This document shows, piece by piece, positions 12,175 to 25,597 of a stretch of 64,000 bases of DNA. The notes under the pieces are model-generated. The model was not told the DNA's origin. It saw only the letters and a program-made list of their open reading frames with translations, and did no database searches. This DNA comes from Anthoceros angustus (Eukaryota > Plantae > Anthocerotophyta), in contig MU008172.1 in the NCBI GenBank assembly GCA_010909165.1, forward strand, positions 1 to 64,000. Direction: 5' to 3'. A program made the translations under genes and the position numbers. How positions within the stretch are numbered: position 1 is the stretch's first letter; each line of letters begins with the position of its first letter.

Positions 12175-14418
12175 GACTCAAAAATCGACATGATAAAACA
12201 CTCACTCGACTTGTCGAAAGTCAAAGAAGAAAGCCACCGACGGTCCGTATTTTATTGCTGATCGCACCAATCCGAATCGCTCACAATTTTTCTGCTCACC
12301 GCCCGGCGCTTGGCACCCCATCAGGCCGCCGCCGCCTGCCGACCGCCTCACACGCTAGCGGCGACATCCCCGACGCCACCGCGGCGCTTCAGGCCAGCCA
12401 AGCGCCCAGACGTGCCACAGCCCACGCCTCAAGATCGGCCGCTCAGTCCAGACGCCGGGCCGCGCTCAACAAGGCTGCGGCGGCCAAGGCGCTTGCGGCG
12501 GCGCGCGCCTGCCCGCTGGAGCCGCGGTGCGCCTCGTCCGCGGGCTTGGCGGCGCCGCGCGGGCTGGCGAGTCCAAGCGCCGTGGAATGCGCCGCGGCCG
12601 CTGGGCTTTCCTGGATCGGCCACTCGCTTGGAATGAGACGGGATCGCTGGTCTACCGCTTCTAGTGTGGAACCCATGGTGATCGTATCCCCACCGCGTGT
12701 TAGCGCCGCAGATGGAGGTTGAAGTCTGGCCACCACCGCCATGTTCACGAATTTCCCTCGTTGCCGACCACCCGCGACTTGCGCCAACCGCGGCTTACCG
12801 CAATGGCATGGAAGGCGATCGGGTTCGACGGCACTCATCCGTGTAGATGGCTTCGCATGCGTTGAAATGACTACCGTGGAAAATTGGTCCATGGTAGAAG
12901 CCATCCAAGACTCACGTGTGTTGATCCGCCGATAAGATTTGAGTGAAGTTGTGATGACATGCTTGATGCCTTTCAAATAATCACAGAAACCCATGCACTG
13001 CTGCATGAGGGCGAGCTGGTCATAGTACACCAATGGTCACTATGGTCCATACTAGATTTGAAGTGTGAGAAAATCTCGATAAGCAAGTAGCTTCAAGGTG
13101 GAGTTGAGGACGTCAAAGGAGTCACGCCGCTTTTGAACTTCATGCCGGGGAAGGTGAACGGAAAGTGTATAGGCGCGGTGCTCCGGGGCGGAGGAGGTTG
13201 CCGATCAAACCAAACGAGAGAGAGGATGGCACGACTTAAAGACAATTTGAGCTCCACTTTGATGTTGAGAGAAGGGGCTAGAATCCTGTCGGGATGATTC
13301 TTCAAGGTGGATAACACTGTAGGCCGCTTCACCCGTGGTCTCTCTAAAACCCCGACCAAACGCTCACCTAAGTGTCGCCCTCAGACGCCATGGCAAACCC
13401 GAGATCGCCCACCTCGATGGTCGGAGTGCTTGGTGGAGGCTTGCTCCCTGCGCCTAAACATTGCTCCGTGAATGGTTGCTGAAATCTGCTGGGTGTGTAA
13501 TGCCCAGGAACCCTCTGAGGTTGATCTGCGGAAAGACTGAGGTGCTCACTAATGGTTCAACCCATAGCACCAAGGAAGAACTTGGTGGAGGCCGACCCCC
13601 TGCAACAGTGAAGGGCGTCGCCAAGAAGCTCGAATCGAGGTTAGAATAGGAAAAGGATGAGAAGGTGAGTAGAGGATTAGACGTAGGTGTTATGGGAGGC
13701 CAGGCACAAGGACAATCCCAATGCAAGTAAAACGCCTCCTTGAGTGAGAGGGTCTTAAGTAGGGACTTAATCGCTGTGACCAGGGGGTCCCTGGCGCCCG
13801 TGATAGGCTCACGACAATGCACTGTGTCGTGTCGTTGTAGGTTGAGAATGGTGATTTTTCTGCCCAAGTGGTGCACCGTCAAGTGAGAGTAGAGCGCCTT
13901 GCTTGTTTAGAAGGATGAGGAGTGCGTTCTGCGGATATCGTTGCAGGGACTCGAACTTTCACACAAGTCTCATGGGGAAACCCAGCGTCTGAAAGGCGAC
14001 AGTGGGATAAGTGTGGCCTATAGTGGGAGGATCTCGGGAAGCCCGGGTTTTCCCTACCACAGCCAGCTCAGACCCACATTCCATGTTTTCTCACCAAAAC
14101 ATGGCATTGCATTGTCCATGTGTCAACAAGCCAGAGTGGCCCATTTACATGCAGCAGCCCCGATTTGCCCACCGGCCGCAACAGCTCCGACCCCAAGCAT
14201 TATGCAAGAGCATGACGGTCAATTGGGCGGAGTCGGATCGCGCATTTCCTTGATCACATGAATCACACTTTGTGGTGGATATAGGTGAAATTGCATGGGC
14301 GGTGCAAACTTCACGCCTTAGCCTCCTCGGATGACGGATTGCATTGCCATTTTAGAGTCCAAGCGTCGAAATCGGTGCCTAAGATCGGTTCTCATGGGCT
14401 TCACGATCGGCCGCTCCG

Positions 14419-14680
14419 TGTAAATATTAGCCCAATATACTTAGACTGTCATTCAAGTTCGTTTCGATTAAGTATGTGGAGCTTCTGGGAAGCTTCTTGT
14501 GCTCACACACTCTTGGGGATTCTAGGGAGCCTATTGGAGAATTATATACCCCATTCTAATGTGATGGACAAGTGTGGCTCATGAGATGAGGCAGGTTTAT
14601 GCATAAAAGCTCAGGCTCACAAGAATGGGAGGCTCAAAAGCCATGTTAGCAGACTGGGGTGATCTTGAACTTCTTCTACA
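14419..14680 (-). repeat. Copia LTR copy 2 (left arm readable as plus-strand copy of the LTR start, right arm garbled)
   Basis: tgtaaatattagcccaatatacttagact... at 14419 matches the reverse complement of 9543 leftwards; ends ttctaca next to PPT at 14681. Confidence 0.7.
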
Positions 14681-14701
14681 ACCTCCCACTTAAAGGCCAA
14701 T

Positions 14702-17323
14702 TTACCTTGAGGGAGAATGGACTATCTCATGCCCATCGATGTCAGGAGCTTGTGCAAATTGCTCAGTAGAGTCCCTTGGTAAGAATATCTGCGGGTTACA
14801 TTTGGTGTGAACCTTGACAAGTTGTACCCTCTTGGTCCAACACCTCTCGAGATGATACTTCACATCCACATGTTTAGTCTTCGCATGAAACACTGGATTC
14901 TTTGCCAATTGATAGCACTGCTATCACAATGCAACACCGGCACCAACCTTGATCCCCAAGTCTCCCACTAAACGAGCAAGCCATATGGCTTCCTTGCAAA
15001 CCTCGATTCTTTGCATACTCGCCTCTGTGGTAGATAGCGAATGCACGATCGCAAACGAGATCGCCATGAGGCGCCCCTCCGATGCGTGAAGACATAACGA
15101 TGTGGACCTCCTTTTGTCCATATCCCTGCATAATCGTGAACCCATGCATCTTCACTACCAAAACATATGCACAAAGCTTTTGTACCATTCGGATACCTCA
15201 TAACTCCTTTTATCGCCTCCAATGCTTCTTGCCGGTTTGACATAAACTCGCTAACCACTCCTTTCAAAGGCAATGTCGGGGCGTGTAGCAATCATTGCAT
15301 ACATCAAACTCCCTACGGTGATGAGTATGGGACCTTCTCCATTTCAGCTTTGTCCTCCTCGTAGCTTGGGCAATCCGCGCAGAAAGTTTCACATATGGAG
15401 GCAATGGAGTACCCAATGGCTTCTCCATGTTGAAACGCTGAAGCACCTATTAATATTTCCCAGACAAATAAAGCGCATGTGCTTGTAGGATGGTTTCTTT
15501 CTGCACTATAGCTCCTGGAACTGCTCATCAACTTTATTAGGAGATCTGTTAATAAGATGAGCTGCGATGAACATGCGCCCAAAACCCATTAGGCAATCCG
15601 TAGTTTGACAACAAACTCGCATCCTCTCCTCGAATGGTTACATTCATCCGCCCACACCATTTTGTGGAGGAGTATCTGGTATCAATTCTCTTTGATTCCC
15701 TTGGAATCAGAATGAGAAAGCTTTAAACATACTCGCCACCATTATACGTCCTTAGACACTTCAATCGGTGGCGGTGATTCTCTACAAGGGTGACAAATTT
15801 CAAACACCGCCGAACTTCATCCTTTTTCCTCAAAGGATAAACCCACACCTTGCGTGAGAAATCATCTATGAAAGTGACAAAATAAGAGGCACCGCCTAAT
15901 GATCACGATGAGCATGGGTCCACATACATCATGAACCAACTCAAGAGGTTTACTTCCTTTTTACCTCTTGTTCGATGTGATGATTTATCATTTCCCATAT
16001 AAACAAAGGCTCACACATCGAGAGATCGGAGAAGTTAAACGAGGATATAACGAGCGAGATAAAACCTTCATTCCCTTCTCGAGACATATGTCCTAACCGC
16101 AATGCCACAAGGAAACATTTGGCTGCTCTGTCACACGATCACATGATCTTTGGCATGTTTACACAGAAGTAGTACAAAGTGCCACACTTGATCCACGAGC
16201 TAACACAAGAGAACCTTTGAGATCTTCCAAGAGTGATCCCCAAACCGGCGGTGGTAACATCATCAAGCATCTGCGCTAATCATGCTCTTTGTCAACTTCG
16301 AACATGCCTAACGCCCTTCAAAGATGAATGAAGATCCGTTGTCAAACTTGAGTTGCACATCACCACGCGATCCGCATGCATAGTTATTTCCAAGCCTAAC
16401 GATCCTTTCCTTGTAGCATCATCGTGTTCCACTCTCTATGAGGAGTAACATGGAAAGATGCACGAGTCAATTATCCAATTGCGTAATAAATGACTATCCA
16501 CGGTACATTAATTTATGCGTTCAAGTAAGAAGAGATAAGGACATCTCCGTCCTCAACGAGTTTAACTCTTCCAACGTGAAAGTCGCCTTCTTGTCGTCTG
16601 CTTCTTCTCTTTTCCTTGGTCCTTTTGAACTTCTACTCTCTTTGAAGTGACCCTTTGTGACAATAGTGACACTCCACATTCTTGTTACGACTACGAGATT
16701 TGCTACGAGAAGCTTACATCCGGTTGCTTCCCTTCAGGTGGACCTCCCTCTCACTATGAGGGCACCGGAACCTTTGGAAGGTTCCATGTTTTCCTGCTCA
16801 CCTCCTCGGTTAACGGCTACCTTCTACATTTACAATGGTAAGACCACTAGAGGCGAATTACTCGAGGCTGTCTGGTGTCCCAACTCTCCGTAATGTGACC
16901 AGAAACATAGCTCTCACTAACTGGGAACGTGATACCTTGAGATGAGAGGCTGAAAATGGTATTGAAATCATTCGATGATCGGACATCCTCGTCCCTTCCT
17001 TCATCTTCAAGTCCACCGGTGTTTCAACCAATACACGAAGCACTTTGCTTCTCATACAGTCCACTGACCACGATCGTAACTCGTGGTCTTATCTTTCACA
17101 TTGAAGTACACTTTTTTTGACAATGTTAGCATGATAGTAGATCTAGCAAGCTCATCCAGTCCCGCCACTCATCACTGTGTCATACTATCCGGTTTGACGC
17201 CTAACAACTTTATGGGCTTGATGCTTTTACGCACTAGAACATTATACACTTGTTCTTTCCGAGCGGAAGTTAGTACCATCTAACCGATATTGAACATAGC
17301 GTTTTCGATGATGAAGACATCAT
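14702..17323 (-). pseudogene. Copia gag-pol remnant, unit 2
   Basis: ORF pieces 14702-14908 (RNase H), 14968-15291, 15264-15446, 16858-17064; same RT deletion junction as unit 1. Confidence 0.85.
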
Positions 17324-19588
17324 GACTCAAAAATCGTCTGAGATAAAACACTCGCTAAGCCAAAAAAGTCAAACGTCCGCGTCACGTGTATTTGCTTGAC
17401 TGTTCTGAGTAATCCGCCGAATCGCTCGACGAATTTTCTCGCTCACCGCCGGCGTTTGGCACCCTCAATTCACTGCCGCGACGCCCGCCGCGGCCCGCTG
17501 GCACACGATAGCATCGCGCCCCACGGCCACCCGCGGCGCCTTACACCAGCCAAGCGCCAGTGCGGCCCGCAGCCACGCCCGCCACGGCCACACGCTCGCA
17601 CAGGCGCATTCCGCACGGCCGGGAGCGTCCTGCGTCGCGGCCGGCGCAGCGGCAGGCGCCACGCGCTTGGCGCCCAGGCGCGGTAGCGCCCGGCTCTCGG
17701 GCTTCAGGCCCTGGCGCCCGCGGGCTGCGCCAGCGGCTACCCGAGCAGCGTCCCGAATGCACGATGGCAGCATGATTCTCGCGCTTTACGATCGGCCACT
17801 CGCTTGAATGAGGCATCTGCTTCTGCGGCCAGAGTGTGGAACTCCATGGTGATCGCATCCCCCACGCTAGGATTGTTCGGAGATGAGGTTGAGTCCTCGG
17901 CCACCACCGCCATGTTCACCATTTCCCTCATGTTGCCGACCACCTTGGGTGACTTGCGCCAACCAATGCGGCTTCCCCCTAGTGGGCTATGGAAGGCGCA
18001 CGGTTCTGGACAAAACCATCCGGTTGCACTGGTGGTTCTTATACGATGCTTGCGTAATGGTCCTGGTAGAAGCCATCCGATTACTCCTGCTAGATCCCCA
18101 TGATTTAGTGAAGTTGAGTAAGCGTAGATAAATGATCCGCTTTCAAATAACCCTACACACAAAACCCCATGCACCCTTCCTGCATGGGCCGAGGCTCTGT
18201 GGTCATAGTACACCAATGGTCACTGGTCTCATACTAGATTTGAAGTGTGAGGAGAAATCTTTGATTACCTTGTTGGGCTAGTAACCAGCGGAGTTGAGGG
18301 CATGTGTCGTAAAGTCGCTCGCTTCTGCGGAACTAGCGAAAGCTGGAAGGTGGGTGAGCAGGAATATCCGACGTGCTCCACCTCCGAGGCAGAGGAGGTT
18401 GCTCACGAACAGAGAGAGAGGATGGCCTCCTCTAAAGACAATTTGAGCTCCAGCACGATGTTGAGAGAAGGGCTAGAATCCCGGTGGATGATTCTTCATC
18501 ACGGCGCAAGGATAACACTCGCACGATCGCTTCACCCGTGGTGGTCTCCTCTAAAACCCCGACCAAACGCTCACCTAAGTGTCGGAGTCCTTCACGCCCG
18601 GCTCGGGCAAACCCGATATCGCCCACGATCCGATGGTCGGAGTGCTTGGTGGAGGCTTGCTCCGCCGCCAAGCGATCTCCCCGATGGTTCGTGAAATTGC
18701 TCCCTGGGTGTGTGGCATGCAGGGAACTCTCGTGAGAGGTTGATCCACGGAAAGACTCCAGGTGCTCATTTGAATGGTGTCAAACCCATAGCAACCCCCA
18801 AGGAAGAACTTCTTGGTGGAGGCCGACTCCTTATCCGTGAAAAGAAGCGCCATTGAGAAAATGAAGCGGGTTAGAATAGGAGGAAAAGGATGAGAAGGTG
18901 AGTAGAGGATTAGACGTGTGGTGGTCCCACGAGTGCAGCCTACAATCCCTCAAGTAAAAGGCGCTCCTTGAGTGAAGTGGTCTTAAAGTAGGGGCCAGAA
19001 ATCTTGGTGTGGACATCTGGGCCTTGCGTGATAGGCCCTGGCGAGTGCAGTTAGCTCGGTTGTAGGTTGAGAATTGGTGATTTTTCTGCCATGCAAGTGG
19101 TGCATTTCTGTAAGAAGGAAGTAGAGGCGCCTTGCTTGTTTAGAAGGATGAGTGCGTTTACATATAGCATTCGTGCCACGGGACCTCACTTTCACACAAG
19201 TCTCATGGGACCAAACCCAACGTCCCAGTGATAAGTGTAGCCGCTATAGTGGGAGGATCTCAAGCCGGTTTTCCCCACCATCTACCGCTCAACCCACAAC
19301 ATTCCATGTTTTCTCACCAAACATCAGGCAATTCCGTGTTGTCCATGTGGTCAACAGGCAGGTGGCCCACACCTGTGCTCATGCTGGGTCCACCAGTACT
19401 CCAGCTGGGCTCAAGCATTATGCAAGGCACATTGTCAATTGGCACGATCACGCATTTCCTTGACCTCTGAAATCCGCACTTTGTCGGGTGGATAGGTGAA
19501 GCATTGCAGGCGGCAAACTCCATGGCTCTCTCCGGATGACAGTTACGTGCCATTTGCAGAGTCCAAGCGTCCATGTACGCCGATGCCA

Positions 19589-19958
19589 TGCTTAGCCCCT
19601 CATTGAGGAGTGGCCCAAAGCATCTTAGACTTCACATCTAAGTTAATTTGGGCAAAGTATCATTGGCCAAAAGCGACTGGAGTCTTGTGCTCCTTCTAGG
19701 AGCTTCTTGTGGAGCTTCCTAGGAGCCCTAATGGAGGGAAAATACCTCACGCCTCATCTCGAGGAGGGGAGGCAAGTGTGGCTCTTCACATTGAGATGGG
19801 GCTGTTTATACCTCCATAGCCTGAAGCTCCACAAGAAGCTCCTAGGAAGGAGCACAAGAAGCTTCCTAGTGATTAGCTTCAAACTAATGATACTTAATCG
19901 ACACCTAACTTAGACTAAGTGTATTAGTCTAAGTACATTGGGCTTTAATACCCTTACA
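19589..19958 (-). repeat. Copia LTR copy 3 (~370 bp, both inverted arms visible)
   Basis: 19683-19718 is the reverse complement of 19823-19859 apart from one base; degenerate tRNA-iMet PBS-like gccgatgcca just left of it; PPT at 19959. Confidence 0.8.
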
Positions 19959-19979
19959 ACCTCCCACTTAAAGGCCAAT

Positions 19980-22771
19980 TTACCTTAGTGAGAATGGACT
20001 ATCTCATGCCCATCGATTAAAGACATGCATTCTCAAGAGAAGTCCCTTGGTAAGAATATCTGCGGGGTTTTTGGTATGAACCTTGACAAGTTGTACCCTC
20101 TTGTCGTCCAACACCTCTCGAATGAAGTGATACTTCACATCCACATGTTTAGTCTTCGCATGAAACATCGGATTCTTTGCCAATTGATAGCACTGCTATC
20201 ACAATGCAACACAGCTCAACCTTGATCCCCAAGTCTCCCACTAAACGAGCAAGCCATATGGCTTCCTTGCAAGCCTCGATTCTGCAACATACTCGGCCTC
20301 ATGGTAGATAGCGAATGCACGATCGCAAACGAGATCGCCATGAGGCGCCCCTCCAAAGGCACGTGAAGACATAACTCGATGTGGACCTCCTTTGTCCATA
20401 TCCCCAGCATAATCGCATCATGTACCCAACCACACATGCATCTTCACTACCAAAACATATGCACAAAGCTTTTGTACCATTCAGATACCTCATAACTCCT
20501 TTTATCGCCTCCCAATGCTTCTTGCCGGTTTGACATAAACACTTAACCACTCCCACCGCAAAGGCAATGTCGACGGTAGCAATCATTGCATACATCAAAC
20601 TCCCTACATGATGAGTATGGGACCTTCTCCATTTCGCCTTTGTCCTCCTCGAGCTTGGGCAATCCGCTTGAAAGTTTCACATATGGAGGCAATGGAGTAC
20701 CCAATGGCTTCCTTCTCCATGTTGAAACGTTGAAGCACCTGTTAATGTATTCCGTCGAGACAAATAAAGCACTCGCAGATGCTTGTAGGATGGTTTCTTT
20801 CAGGACCATAGCTCCTCCGAACTCGCCATCAACAAATTTTATTAGGAGATCAATAAGATGAACTGCAGAGACACCGCTCGCCCAAAACCCATTAGGCAAT
20901 CCAGAGTTTGACAACAAACTACGATCCTCTCCCGAATGGTTCTGCTCATCATGACCTTATTAGGAGATCTGTTAATAAGATGAGCTATGATGAACCATAC
21001 GCCCAAAACCCATTAGGCAATCGAGTTTGACAACAAACTACGCATCCTCTCACGAATGGTTACATTCATCCGCTCGGCCACACCATTTTGTGGAGGAGTA
21101 TCTGGTATGATCAATTCTCTTTTGATTCCCTTGGAATCATGTAATGACCGAAAGCTTTCAAACATACTCGCCACCATTATCCGCCCTTAGACACTTCAAT
21201 CGGTGGCGGTGATTCTCTACAAGGGTGACAAATTTACGAAACATCGAACTTCATCCTTTTTCCTCAAAGGATAAACCCACACCTTGCGTGAAATCATCTA
21301 TGAAAGTGACAAAATAAGAGGCACCGCCTAATGATGCTGAGGCATAGGTCCACATACATCACTGTGAACCAACTCAAGAGGTTTACTTCTACTTTTACCT
21401 GTTCGATGTGATGATTTTACATTTCCCATATAAACAAAGGCTCACACATCGAGAGATCGAGAAGTTAAGAATGTGGATATAACGAGCGAGATAAAACCTT
21501 CATTCCCTTCGAGACATATGTCCTAGCAAGCAATGCCACAAGGAAACATTTGGCTGCTCACACGATCACATGATCTTTGATGTTTACAAGTGAGTACAAA
21601 GTGCCACACTCGATCCACGAGCTAACACAAGAGAACCTTTGGAGATCTTCCAAGAGTGATCCCCAAAACCCGGTGGTAACCAAAGATCATCCAACCGCCC
21701 CGCGCTAATCATGCTCTTTGTCAACTTCGAACATGCCTAACGCCCTTCAAAGATGAATGAAGATCCGTTGTCAAACTTGAGTTGCACATCACCCACGCGA
21801 TCCGCATGCATAGTTATTTCCAAGCCTAACGATCCTTTCCTTGTAGCATCATCGTGTTAAACCACTCTCTATGAGGAGTAACATGGAAAGATGCACCGAG
21901 TCAATTATCCAATTGCGTAATAAATGACTATCCACGGTACATTGCGACATTCAAGTAAGAAGAGATAAGGACATCTCCGTCCTCAACGTAGTTTAACTCT
22001 TCCAACGACGAAGTCGCCTTCTTGTCGTCCACCTTCTCTTTCCTTGGTCCTTTTGAACTTCTACTCTCTTTTGAAGTGACCCTTTGTGACAATAGTGACA
22101 CTCCACATTCTTATTACGACTACGAGATTTGCTACGAGAGAAACACATCCGGTTGCTTCCCTTCGCAGGGACCTCCTCTCACTATGAGGGACCTTTGGAA
22201 CCTTTGGAAGGTTCCATGTTTTTCCTGCTCACCTCCTCGGTTAACAGGCTACCTTCTACATTTACAATGGTAAGACCACTAGCGAGGCGAGTACTCGGTA
22301 TGAAAGGTGTCCCAACTCTCCGTAATGTGACCAGCGAAACATAGCTCTCACTAACTGGGAACGTGATACCTTGAGATGAGGCTGGCTGAAAATGGTATTG
22401 AAATCATTCGATGATCGGACATCCTCGTCCCTTCCTTCATCTTCAAGTCCACCACCGTTTCAACCAATACACCGAGAAGCCGCACTTTGCTTCTCATACA
22501 GTCCTGCAACCACGCGATCGTAACTCGTGGTCTTATCTTTCACATTGAAGTACACTGCTTTTGACAATGTTAGCATGATAGTAGATCTAGCAAGCTCATC
22601 CAGTCCCGCCACTCATCACATGTCATACTATCCGGTTTGACGCCTAACAACTTTATGGGCTTGATCCGCTTTTCGCACTAGAACATTATACACTTGTTCT
22701 TTCGAACGGAAGTTAGTACCATCTAACTTCACCGATATTGAACATAGCGTTTTCGATGATGAAGACATCAT
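19980..22771 (-). pseudogene. Copia gag-pol remnant, unit 3
   Basis: ORF pieces 20299-20598, 20543-20917 (integrase tail joined to RT tail); gag start at 22771. Confidence 0.85.
20840..21070. repeat. Local ~115-bp tandem duplication inside unit 3 integrase region
   Basis: ttattaggagatc...cccaaaacccattaggcaatc...gaatggtt occurs twice in succession; single in units 1 and 2. Confidence 0.7.
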
Positions 22772-22976
22772 GACTCAAAATCGTCTGATAAAACACTCGA
22801 CTCGACTTGTCGGGAAAGTCAAAGAAGAAAGCGATCACCCGTCACGGTCCGTGTATTTTCTTTATTATTTATTCCACGGTAATCCGCCTCGACGAATTTT
22901 CGCCACCGCCGGCGTTTGCGCCCTCAATTGTCTTTGCCGCGCGTCGACTGCTTACGCGTCGCGGCTGTCGACCATC

Positions 22977-23128
<152 letters not shown>

Positions 23129-24429
23129 CAGCAGGCTTGCAGGCGCGCGGGCTTGCAGTCAGCGTCGAACGGTGCACCGCCAAGAGTCGCATCGCTCATG
23201 GGCTTCGGATCGCCACCGCTTGGAATGAGACGGATCGTGTGGTCTTACCGTGTCTCGTAGTGTGGGAACTCCATGGTGATCGGTGTATCCCCCACTCGCG
23301 TGCAGGTTAAATGCTAGCGGAGATGGGAGGTTGAAGTCCTCAAGGCCACCACCGCCATGTTCATGCCATTTCCCTCATGTTGCCGACCACCTTAGTGACT
23401 TAGTGCGCCAACCATGTGCGGTCACCTAATTGGGTCGAGTATGGAAGGCGTCGGGTTACTGGACGAGGACCATCCGGTTGCACTGGACTGGTTTCTTCGC
23501 CACGTTGTTGAAATGACTTGCACCAAGGAAAATTGGTCCATGGTAGAAGCCATCCAAGACTTCCCGCGTGATCGTGCGTGATCTGCCGATAAGATTTGAG
23601 TGAAGTTGTGATGACATGTGATAAATGATCTGCCTTTCAAATAACCCTACACAAAACCCCATGCACCCGCTTCCCCATCTCATGCGAATAGAGCGGTGGT
23701 CATAGTACACCAATGGTCACTATGGTCTCATACTAGATTTGAAGTGTGAGAGGAAATCTTTGGTTCTTGGTGGTTGCCAAGTAGCCTGAGCGAGTTGAGG
23801 GCGTGTGTCGGAGTGGCACTCACGCGTTTCTTTGGAACTTGACGATCTGGAAGGTGGGTGAACGGGAAAGTGTATATCCGACAAAGGTGCTCCACATAAA
23901 GGCGGGAGGAGGTTGCGATCGAACGAAACGAGAGAGAGGATGGCACGTACCTCTAAAGACAATTTGAGCTCCACTTTGATGTTGAGAGAAGGCTAGAATC
24001 CCGGTCGGATGATTCTTCATCACGTGCAAGGATAACACTCGTGCCCGCTTCACCCGTGGTGGTCTCCTCTAAAACCCCGACCAAATGCTCACCTAAGTGT
24101 CGTCCTTCTCAGACGCTACTGGCAAACCCGATATCGTCCACGATCTGATGGCGCCCGCCACCGGGGCCCTGATCCAGTGTCCTCCGTCACCGGTACTCTG
24201 GGCGTCTCCCCTTCCAGTACACGGCAGCCGCCGCTACCACTACAAGCTCAGCGGGAAAAGATGGGACAGAGCACGAGGCTGCTGGCCCGAACTTCGACGC
24301 TGCCGAGGCAAAGAAGCCCGCCATCGCCACCTCGGCCAGATCCAGATCCAGCTCCAGGCGACCAAAGTCCGCAAGGGACATGTCGAGCGAGGTCAACCCT
24401 AAGCCGCCGCCGCAGTCTTCCAACACCTC

Positions 24430-24590
24430 CACCGCCCTTCCACACTGGCGCCATCCCACCTCCTCCCACACCTTCATCCTCCCCACCTCCTCCCACACGC
24501 CATCCTCCTACCTCCTCCCACATCGCCGCCCTCCCACATCGCTGCCCTCCCACATCGCCGCAAAGCATGCCTCCCACATCACTACCAACC
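24430..24590. repeat. C-rich minisatellite-like cluster of ctcccaca motifs
   Basis: About six ctcccaca units with variable spacers; G-rich on the minus strand. Confidence 0.6.
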
Positions 24591-24879
24591 TCCGCCATTC
24601 TCCAACACCACCATCAACTTCCCCATTCTCCCACGTGCATTCCCCCATCTACTTTGGACCAAACCCCACACACAAACACAGGCAACCTCACCTTTATCTC
24701 GCGCCCACTTCCACAAAAGCAATGGCGTAAGCCACAACTAAACCAGGGGACCACAAGCACCCCAAAACCGAGATATTTTAAGGCAATGGCAAACCAGTTT
24801 AAAAACCCCGTTTTTACCACCATCTACTTAGCAAGTTATCACTCCCAATTTTGGATGGAAGTGATGCACCTAAGCGTGC

Positions 24880-25111
24880 ATAGACCCTTTGCTGGAGTCA
24901 CCAAGCAGCCTGTTGGTGTAAACAACACTTGTAGCTCATGATCTGATATTAATTTGCGTATGGATAACAAGTTCTTCGTCATGCTAGGTACGTTCAAAAC
25001 ATTCTGGAGACATATGTCCCTTCCACCTACAAGGGGTGGCAGCACTTCTCCTAAGCCTGCTATTGCTAAGCCACTATCATCTTCTAGTAGAACAAATTGG
25101 CTTGTGGACAC
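24880..25111 (-). mobile_element. Isolated Copia protease fragment from a different element
   Basis: GLAIAGLGEV...LQNVLNVPSMTKNLLSIRKLISDHELQVLFTPTGC matches the Copia pol beta-barrel/protease region. Confidence 0.7.
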
Positions 25112-25169
25112 TGCAGTGAAGTAGTAAATTTCTCTCTCAATTGGCAGATATGATTAGTACGTAGCTCCT

Positions 25170-25596
25170 GAGTGTAGGAACCACATGTTATTAGAGGATA
25201 GCTAGATAACACACTTATGGGCACTTGCCTGGTGGACATGTAAGCAAAGTGTGGCAAACTGCGCATTGAGTTTTTGAATGCCTGAGCCCAAAGGATGTGG
25301 TGACTTGGAATGCCCTGATTGCTGGGTATGGACAGAAAGGGCTTGGTCAAGAGGCGCTATTTTTGTATGGACAAATGCAGGAGGGCCTGATTGTGGTTGA
25401 TGAGGTTACTTTTGCTTGCCTTTTGAAGGCATGTGCAAGTGTTGGTGCCTTACAGAAGGGCAGGTAGCTGCACTCACAGCTTGTACAAAGAGGACATTTG
25501 GATAACATACTTGTGGGCGCTTCCCTAGTGGACCTGTATGCCAAGTGTGGCAAACTGGAAGATGCACGCCTTGTTTTTGACAGCTTGGCCAGGAAA
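25170..25596 (+). pseudogene. PLS-class PPR gene fragment with stops and frameshift
   Basis: Translates to LVDM*AKCGKL / PKDVVTWNALIAGYGQKGLGQEALFLY...DEVTFACLLKACASVGALQKGR*LHSQLVQRG...LVDLYAKCGKLEDARLVFDSL. Confidence 0.85.
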
Positions 25597-25597
25597 A

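Noticed and set aside
9253-19958. DIRS-like element (inverted terminal repeats)
   Set aside because: No tyrosine recombinase; domain order, PPT and integrase motifs are Ty1/Copia
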